Shown here: positions 54,271 to 64,000 of the stretch, one piece after another
Position numbering within the stretch: the first letter of the stretch is position 1
Layout: each line of letters starts with the position of its first letter
Source of the DNA: Eledone cirrhosa
Taxonomy: Eukaryota
Assembly (NCBI GenBank): GCA_964016885.1
Contig: OZ024741.1
Span: 145,142,001-145,206,000 of the forward strand
Length of the DNA: 64,000 nt
Direction: 5' to 3'
Made by a program: the position numbers and the translations under genes
The notes under the pieces: generated by a model
Databases searched by the model: none
The model's input: only the letters and a program-made list of their open reading frames with translations
Told to the model about the DNA's origin: nothing

Positions 54271-54319
54271 AGAAGATCTGAATGAAGAATGTAGAGGTTA
54301 ATATGTGAAATATGTAATT

Positions 54320-54515
54320 GATGTGTGTGTATTGTAGTTGGTGTATGTGTATTGCAGTTGGTGTGTGTGTGTTGTAGTTGGTGTGCGTGTGTTGTAGTTG
54401 GTGTGTGTGTGTTCATATGAGTGTATTGTAGTTGGTGTATGTGTATTGTAGTTGATATAAATGTTTTATAGTTGGTATGTTTGCATTGTAGTTGGTATGT
54501 GTGCATATTGGAGTT
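54320..54515. repeat. ~20 bp minisatellite (gtgtattgtagttggtgtat)
   Basis: About nine degenerate tandem units. Confidence 0.85.
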
Positions 54516-55570
54516 AGTGTGTAACTATTTATGGTTCTAGTAGTATGTATAAACCAAAATTATATTTACCTTTTCCCAAATACTGCATCCACTACCCACC
54601 CAATATCAATTCTATCTTCCCTACTTTTGTTTCAGTCAGTATATCAAATGTTCAAACTGTTTCCTTTCTCAGTATTCCTTAATTTTATCCAGAACTATCA
54701 AATGATTTTATTAATAAAATAATTAAGTTTCATGAACAGGAAACTTTATCCATTTTTTTTAGCGCATTATTCTATTTCTCACAAAACCATACATTCTATT
54801 ATTTTCATCAGCATATCTTATTTTTCTCTTCATTTGTTCTATGTCAGCATTTTAGTCTACTTGAATAAAACAAATTCCTCATGATCCACATTTTCATTTC
54901 AGAAGACATTTTTAATATTTGCATCAGAATTCCAGTCTAAGCCACGTCATTAAAATCCTAGTACAGTACCATAAAAAATGTCACCAATATTGGCTGAAAT
55001 GTCTGCTAGTATATCTCTGTCACCTACTTCTCCTCTTAATATTCTTTTTCGTTTCCTTCTCATTAATTTTTATTTGTATTTTTCTTCTCAACTAATCAGT
55101 GTAAAGCCACTCACAATCACTCTGCAGCCTTAGGCCCATAGATCTGTTGTCTCCATTCTTTGCCTCTTCTATGGCTACTTCAATGGGCTCTACTCCTTGG
55201 AGCTTAAAATTCTCATGCCTGTCTGACTAAGGGATGCCTGACCTATTCATCTTCCCTCCTCTCATCACACATGTTGGGTTCAATCCCTCTCCATTCCATA
55301 GGGAGTGGGCCTGCAACAGCTTAAAAGGAATAATATTGCTCTTTCTAGTCTTGGAGGGCCTACCATGTAAAAAAAAAAAGAAATGGTCCATCTCTTTCAC
55401 TATTGAATTCAATGAGAATACCTTTGTTCCAAAGGAGCCAGATACAACTATTACATGTTATAAGTCATACAAACATATATACATATATATGCATAGATAT
55501 ATACATATGTTTCTGTATGTCTCTTGTGTTGGAAAGGAGGTCATGTATGTAAACAATCATTGAAGAATTT

Positions 55571-55608
55571 CTCCGAAGACTCCAAACCGAGGTTTGGAGT
55601 CTTCGGAG
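55571..55608. repeat. Perfect 18-bp hairpin, possibly stem II of a decayed HHR
   Basis: ctccgaagactccaaacc ga ggtttggagtcttcggag, flanked by TTGAAGA and GTAAgcta. Confidence 0.75.
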
Positions 55609-58409
55609 CAATTGTAAGCTAATAAATGGTTTGAACAGAATTCTGATTCATGTGATTTCTATATAGAACTGCTCTGTAGGACAACTGATGTTATTACATT
55701 GAGCTATTAATCTTACTGGTAATAAGGTAGTAATAAATTACTGTCTTTCACTGTTTAGGGTTTAAAATATATATAACTATAAAAAGTTTTAGTGTATTCA
55801 TAGTGTATATATATATACATGCATATATACATTCACACACACTCACATTCATACAGACAGACATGCATACATGCAGACAGACACACACACATATAAACAA
55901 TCATACATACAGACAGGCAGACACACATATAAACATATATACTCCATTGTATAATAAGCTGTATACCATTGTATAGCATATACCATATACTGTACACCAT
56001 TGTACATTATATACAATAAACTGTATACCAGTGTCCAGAAAAAGCATATATCACTTTACACTGAATGGTATCCCACAGTACAGTAAAAGGTATATACAGT
56101 AACTACAGTAACACTGTATATATCATTGTAAGGGAATTATATAGTCCTGTACCATAAGATTATTGACAGTTGTATCATAAAACTGACAATTACTGTACAC
56201 TAAAACAACTTACACCTGAGACTGTAAGGTTCTTGATAAAACTATATAAAGGCATATTTGAACCCATATACAAAATGTTTCTCATTGAGATTATGTCACA
56301 ACTATCACATCATTGAGGTATGGGGGTGTATACATGTATTTCATTGATTATTGTTTATCAACCCTCACTTAGATTCTTGCAGATTCTTTCACCAAAATAG
56401 GAAAGAGTAAACTCCTATAGATTTTGTAAACATACATTCTTACTGAAAGGTTATTAAGATATATTGCAATCTTGACTGACTAGCATTAATTAGTAAAAGC
56501 ACCAGTAATGTACTGAGTAATTGCTGGCCTTGTGCCAAAAGTAGAAACAATTAATTAGTAATAGCACTAATATAGCCCTAGTGTGTTAGTTACTGTTTGT
56601 ATTAGTATTATTGCTAATAAAATTATGTGTAGGCATAGCTATGTAGGTAACTATTAACGTTTTGTACAACATGAGAATGGATTAACAAGATGCACTTTAA
56701 AAAGAAGAATAAAACAGATCTAGGACTATATCTCATTAAAAATTAAAGCATTTGCCCTGATACTGTAAATTCTCACAACAATCTATCCACTAGTAAAGAT
56801 ATGATAAACATTTGAATTAATAAACCTTCTTTTTTTTATTTTCTGCCAAAACACAAGATGCTAAGAGTATAAGCTGACCCCACCCATATTTTATGTCTGA
56901 GAAATGGACAAAAAGCGGACGTAAAATGATGATGATGATGAAGCCAATCAACATTTAGCAGCTAATCAACATTGTTTAGATGGCATATATCAGCCCCCCC
57001 CCCCCCCCCCATTTTACCATTGATTTTTTGGGGTCACACATCCTTCAGCTTATATTTTAGTATATACGGTAAGTAGTTTGGTTCCCAACCACCTAACCAT
57101 GTGCTTCAGTGTTAAATCCTGCTGTGTAGCACCTATGATATCTTCTACTGATATCTTCTCAGGGTGACCAATGATTTGTAAAGAGAATTTTATTGACAGA
57201 AACTGTGCAGAAGCAGATGTTTTTGTGTCTCCATGTCTGTGTTTGTGTTTATCTTTACATCTATTCTTAAAAGTGATGTTGATTATGTTGTTTATCTTGT
57301 GTCCTATAACATATCAGTTTGATAAATAGCAATTTATAAAGTAAGTACCAGAATGAAATAAAGATGAGACTTCAATATGAACAACTAAAGCCCTAGAAGT
57401 TGATACCCTAGAATAGCTACAGTTCAATGACTGAAACCAATAAAAAAAATATAAGCCAGTATAATAAAACTGTTAATTTTATCAAGTTAAACAGTTATGA
57501 CGCTTGTAATTCTTAATTATATATATATATATATAAAAACATTTACACTTATACTGCTTTACAATGATGCAGCAAGATTTCTCGAACTACATTTTGCTAT
57601 AAAGTTGTCAGTAACAACTTGGCATGGCTGCTAACTGAAACAGCAAAATAAATGGCATAGTTTCAAATTTCTTTAAAACTTACTAAGTGAGAGAGAGGGC
57701 ATTTTAAAATTGACCATAAAAAGGTCTTAATACATAGAAGCTACAAAAAGATTTACCAACACAAACATTTAAATGTTTTTTATCTCTTCCCCACCTTATT
57801 TTTCTTATCTTTATTTCTTGGGTCTTTGAAGGATTTATTAAAATTATAATGTCATTACTAAGATAGCGACTTAACACAGGATTATTATTTAAAATTAAGT
57901 TGGATGATTTTTATTTAAATAGGAACCAATTAAAATGAGGGGTTTTGCAAATTTCTTAAAAGTTCATACCATAAAGATGAATGGTTGGGTACTTAGTACT
58001 GGCGTTTCTAAAAAAAGGATATTTATTGATTAAACTTGCTGAAAATCAATTATAATTGATTAAACTTGTTAGCTAAGTTTGGGTGCTACTGCAGGCTTAG
58101 GTTACGATAGGAACACTAATAATACACCTCATTAACTAGAATTATTACCATTAATCCAAGCTACACTAGACCCTCCCATCCCACCATTTCACTCACAAAA
58201 GATAATAAATAAGACATAAGAACTTGATTTGATAGCCCAAAAATATTTTCACAATGAAGTGGTGATATTTTTAAATATATATACATATTTTCAACATAAT
58301 TCAACTGTTAAATGTTGCTTTAAACAAATATGTGTTAAAGACATGTACACTCAAATACAAAAGTCTCTCTCTCCCTCTCTCTCTCTCGCTATATATATAT
58401 ATATATATA

Positions 58410-58840
58410 TAAGTAGAAGTTGTATTTAATTTGTTGGAAGTCCGACAAACATAAATGTTTATAACTGATTTAGAGCACTCAACAGTTACTGGAGTAAATA
58501 TTCAATGATATTAAATAAATGGAAACTATATTTATAAAACCATATTTATTTTATTATATATATTTCAAGGGCAACCAAGACAAAATAAATGGTTGTTTTT
58601 CAATTATTTACATATTCATTTGCATATTCACACATAAGTTTGAATAATCCCTAATATATTTCCACTATCCAGTGAACTTCCAACCGATAAGGTGTGATTT
58701 TCATGGGTATGTCTCTATTTATAAAACAAACTTTGTATTTTATCTGATGAAAGCGTACCAATGTTGTCTTGGTTGCCCTTGAAATATATATAATAAAATA
58801 AATATGGCTTTATAAATATAGTTTCCATTTATTTAATATA
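58410..58840. mobile_element. Fold-back Penelope-like pLTR pair in (TA)n
   Basis: Inverted arms ~58508-58583 and ~58764-58839; homologous to 41374-41742. Confidence 0.85.
58736..58800 (+). ncRNA. Type I hammerhead ribozyme
   Basis: tattttat CTGATGA aagcgtacca..tggttgccctt GAAA tatata ta ataaaata; perfect 8-bp stem I, palindromic stem III, AUA site at 58792. Confidence 0.8.
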
Positions 58841-58854
58841 ATTGTATATATATA

Positions 58855-59577
58855 TATTGGGCTGGCCAAAGGTCTGTTCGGTTTTTGCCAATACTAAATT
58901 TTAGGTGTGCCCATAGTTGCTAACTTTACTTTTGATCTTATGAGTATGCACTCGTTAAATAGTTTAAAGTAGTTCATAACAAAACTTCAATAAGATTGGT
59001 TGTATTTTGTGTGTTTATCTTAACCGTCAAAATGAAGAACCAAAATAATTATTATCGACATCATGCTTTTTTATTTAAAAAAAAGTGTATTTTTTACAAG
59101 ATTCTTCCCACAGGAGCATTAATTTTGATTTGTATTGTGAATAACTAAATAAATTAAATGCAGCAATCCACCAAAAGTGTCCAGAACTTGCTAATCGAAA
59201 GGACATTGTCTTTCATCAAGACAATGTCAGACCACACACTTCCTTGCAGATGTGACAGAAATTACTAGGGTTTAACTGAGAAGTTTTGCTTCACCCTCCA
59301 TATTCCCTTGACCTTGCTCCTTCAGATTTCCACTTGTTTTTGTCTCTTCAAAGTTTTTGAATGGATAGACCTTTAATTCTTCAGAAGATGTAAACATTCA
59401 TTTAGAAGGGTTCTTCTCTAGTAAAGACATGAATTTATTTGAACAGGGAATAATAAACCTACCTAGAAGATGGCAGAAGGTACTGGAAAGAAATTGGAAA
59501 TATATCATTGATTGAATAAATTGCTTTGGGTTTAAAACTATGTCACATTTTCACTAAGAAAACTGAATAGACCCAAT
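58855..59577 (+). mobile_element. Internally deleted mariner (Tc1/mariner) DNA transposon
   Basis: FHQDNVRPH and LHPPYSLDLAPSDFHLF (YSPDL motif), GIINLPRRWQKVLE; degenerate TIRs tattggg..tctgttcggttttt / aaaactgaatagacccaata; TA flanks. Confidence 0.9.
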
Positions 59578-59599
59578 ATATATATATATATATATATAT

Positions 59600-60038
59600 G
59601 GTGGAAGCCAACTCATGACCAAGTAAAACCACTTGAAAAACTCAATTCATATTGTTCTTATGTCTGATTATTTTGTCACTGATGATGTAAGAGACTTGCA
59701 TGCCATACCACAATGTTTGCACGCCAGTTTTCCAGGAGCAGCTTGCTTTTCAGGATGTTGAGATTTGTAATGCCGAGTAAGCCGACTGGCTGACCTATAT
59801 TTGTGGTTAATTATGCCTGTCTTGGAAAAGCATGCATGACCACATTCATCGCATGACAGAGATTCTTTTGTTATATTCTCAGGGCAGGAGTAAACATCTT
59901 CCACATATTTACCTGCTTGTTTTGACGCCGCATATGCAATTAAGCTGTTTTCAAATTTTGTAGCAGAAGTTCCCCCCTTACATGGCTTGTTTTGGCATGT
60001 AGATGTCCTCTAAGTGGACCAGGTGGCCAGACTGTCTA
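59600..60038 (-). mobile_element. 3' end of an RTE-type LINE with C2H2 zinc fingers
   Basis: FENSL..A..K, then CDECGHACFSKTGIINH, LTRHYKSQH, CKHCGMACKS; decayed and truncated by the adjacent LINE. Confidence 0.6.
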
Positions 60039-62597
60039 AGGTTTGGTGTACATGGTGGGCACGGTTATGGCTCAAGAAATGAAGAAGGAGTGAGGCTTCT
60101 TGAATTTTGTGATGCAAATGCACTTCCAGAAGCCTACCAACCACCTAATAACCTACAAATCAGGCGAGCACATAAGCCAAATTTACTTCCTGACAGTGAG
60201 ACAGTCAGATGGTGTCAAATACTAAGGCATACCCCGGGGAAGAATGCACCCCACAGCATAGGTTAGTCGTTAGTGACATCTCAGTAAGCATTAGAAAGAA
60301 TGAGACATACAGGAAGGTGTGGAAAAGAAAGGTCTGGAAGCTAAAAGACCTTTCATTAAAATATAAATTTAGCAAGGCCCCTCAAGACGAGTATGACGAA
60401 AAAGAAGACGATTTAGATTTGTATGACATAGATGATAACTGGAATTTCTTACGTGACAACTTACTGTACTCCACTGAAGAAACTTGTGGTTGGGGCAGAG
60501 CTTCAACCAGACAGAGAGTGATCTGGTGGTGGAACAGCATGGTAGATAGGGCCATTAGAGACAAAAGACTAGGATGGAAGACTTGGAATAATGGTGGGAG
60601 TAGTGAAGGATACACAGCCGCTAAGAGAGAAGCTAGACGTCAGGTGTACTTAGCACGCAGGGAGGCTGAGAGTAGGAGGTTTGCCAATGTTCTGTGACAG
60701 GAAGATCATAGACGTGAGGTGTTCCACATTGCAAGGCAGTGTGTCAGTGCAAATCAGGATGTTGTTGGAGATAAGTGTGTCCGGAATGATGCTGGTGTAC
60801 TTAGTGTCACAAATGATAAAAAAAAAGGAGGCCTGGAAATGTCACTATGAGAGACTGATGAATGTGGAAAACGAATGGGACAGAGAGAAATGAACCCCTG
60901 TAGACCCAACAGAGGGACTAGCTATTGAGATTGACGAATATAGGGTACTAGAGGCAATTAAGGAAATGAAGAATGGTAAGGCTGCTGGACCATCGGGGAT
61001 AGTTGCTGAGATGTTGAAGGCATCAGAATAAGTAGGCACTAAACTGGTTGCACGCATCATCAATCAAGCTATATATGGTGGTGTCATACCCAAAGCTTGG
61101 TGCAGCAGTATTCTCATAAATTGCTACAAAGGTAAAAGGGATGCTCTGGAGAGGAGCAATTATAGGGGCATAAAGCTGATGGATCAGGTTATGAAAGTGG
61201 CTGAGAGAATATTAGCGCAACTGATTAGAGAAAGTGTCAAATTAGATGAGATGCAGTTTGGTTATGAGCCTCGGAAAAGTACAACAGAAGCCCTCTTCTT
61301 AGTGAGGCAACTACAAGAGAAATTCTTAGAGAAGAATAAGCCACTATATTTAGCTTTTGTTGACCTTAAGAAGGCCTTTGATAGGCTACTCCGATCTGTC
61401 ATCTGGTGGTCCCTAAGGAAACTAAGTGTAGAGGAATGGCTTGTGAGGACAGTGCAAGCTATGTACAGGGGTGCTGTCAGTAAAGTGAGAGTAGGTATGG
61501 AGTTTAGTGAGGAATTCCAGATGCAAGTAGGTGTACATCAGGGTTCAGTCCTCAGCCCGCTCTTGTTCATTATAGTCCTCCAAGCCATAACAGAGGAGTT
61601 TAAGACTGGATGCCCATGGGAACTTCTCTATGCTGATGATCTGGTTCTTATAGCAGAATCAATAGAGGAGCTAGAGAATAAATTCTGACTATGGCAACAG
61701 CAGTTGGAATCAAGAGGACATAGCTAAGACAAAAGTGTTGATAAGTAGAAGAGAGGACAATACTCTAATTCCATCATGGAAATGGCAATGTTCGATATGT
61801 AGGAAAAGAACTGGCATAAATTCCATAAAATGTACGCGATGCAGATCTTGGGTACACAAGAGATGTAGTGGGATAGCAGGCAAACTAACAGGTAGTGAAA
61901 ACTATGTATGCAGTAGATGTACAGGGAAAGTTGGCAGTGGTAATCGCAGTGATAGACACATTTTTCCAATGCAGGTGGGTTCCATAGAAGTGGTTGATAG
62001 CTTCCGGTACCAAGGTGATCAGATTAACATGGGAGGAGAATGTTCCAAGGCCATAGTATCTAGAATAAGGACGGTTTGGAAGAAGTTTAGGGAAGCTGCT
62101 TCTTCTGTTGACAAAGAAGGGTTTCTCCTTGCGTATGAAAGGATGGTTATATATGCCTGTGTGAGATGCGCGATGCGGCATGGTAGTGAGACATGGGCAG
62201 CAACTGCAATGGCTGGAGAGAAATGAAGCAAGTATGCTCCGTTGGATGTGCAATGTCAATGTGCATGAACGACCAAGCATAGACGAGTTGAGAAAGAAAC
62301 TGGGTATAAGAGGGATAAGTTGTGGTGTGCAGGAGAGAAAGCTGAGATGGTATGGACATGTGATGCACATGGAGGATGACCACTGGGTAAAGAAGTGCCA
62401 AGAAATCCCAGTAGAAGGAAGACGCAGTAGAGGTAGACCACGAAAAACATGGGTGGAGGTAGTGAGAGCAAACCTCAGATCGCTGAAGCGGAGATGGCGA
62501 AGAGCTGCGACAAGTGGAGAGATGCTGTGCTGAATAGGGCCCATCCAACCTTTGCAAGAGGGAAAAGTGGATGTAAAATGATGATGATGATGATGAT
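60039..62597 (+). mobile_element. 5'-truncated RTE LINE, same family as 1153-4240, (GAT)n tail
   Basis: GGHGYGSRNEEG, QFGY, AFVDLKKAFD, GVHQGSVLSPLLF, LLYADDLVL, PHD-like finger, LRWYGHV, RGRPRKTW. Confidence 0.95.
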
Positions 62598-62871
62598 ATG
62601 GACTTGGTGTTCATCATATTGGCCAGCTACAGGACTTTCATATCAGACACATTAGATTACCATGAAAGTTTTAGCAAAGAATGCAGGAAATGCTGGTGGC
62701 AGTGCTCAAGACATTGTTTATGCCTGTTAGGTAATCTAAGTCTCACATCCATACAACAAATTCTTAAGGTGCATGCCTTTATACCTCTACTTTTGTTGAT
62801 AACATTATATTCAGATTTCAACCAGAGCCCTCACTGAAGCTATCCATATGCATTGCAAGCCTTGTAAAGTT

Positions 62872-63556
<685 letters not shown>

Positions 63557-64000
63557 TCAATCTCACAATAATGTATTTGAGTAAGTGCTGTCTACCATTG
63601 TCTTGATCAGTACCTTGTGAGTGGAATTTGGCTATGTAAGAACAGAAGTCACAGATAAGATTGTACAGATTTACCAGAACTATCCAACATAAAGTAGCTT
63701 GGAAAAAGAGCAGATAAAAAAATGGTAGTTATGGTTATTGTGATGTTTGTGATAGATATAATGATGATGGTGGTTATGATGTCGGTGATCATTATGATGG
63801 TGATGATAATATGTGATGTTGGTGACACTTGTAATAAGAATGGTGTTATGTTTGGGATGTTATGTACATGTATGTATTTATCTATTTATAATGCATTGCG
63901 ATGTACTATTGAAGGTGAAGTTGAACAAGCTGAAATGTTGACCCACAAGCTATTATACCAATACCCTATCAACATGACCACTTTAACTCAACAGATACAC

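Noticed and set aside
54320-54515. Regularly spaced repeats as a CRISPR array
   Set aside because: No unique spacers, eukaryotic context, no cas genes

Overview
AT-rich, microsatellite-saturated animal genomic DNA, intronic or intergenic in character. The repeat spectrum points to an octopod cephalopod (inference): tRNA-CORE SINEs, MetaSINE-like SINEs, RTE and Dong/R4 LINEs, and very long (TA)n tracts. No intact host protein-coding gene is recognisable; nearly all long ORFs are LINE remnants or microsatellite artefacts. Contents: three large RTE LINE copies that carry a PHD-like finger inside the RT region, five Dong/R4-type restriction-like-endonuclease LINE pieces in (AAT)n, a deleted mariner, TTAA MITEs, many SINEs and a ~1.3 kb local duplication. 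The most interesting signal is a set of minimal type-I hammerhead ribozymes (HHRs). About five are intact or near-intact and several more are decayed. They sit in short, often inverted (fold-back) Penelope-like terminal repeats embedded in (TA)n, with no intact Penelope ORF nearby, a retrozyme-like arrangement. One family may use a U3-A8 core variant. A weaker signal is a chain of short minus-strand exon candidates whose joined frame is interrupted only by TGA codons.
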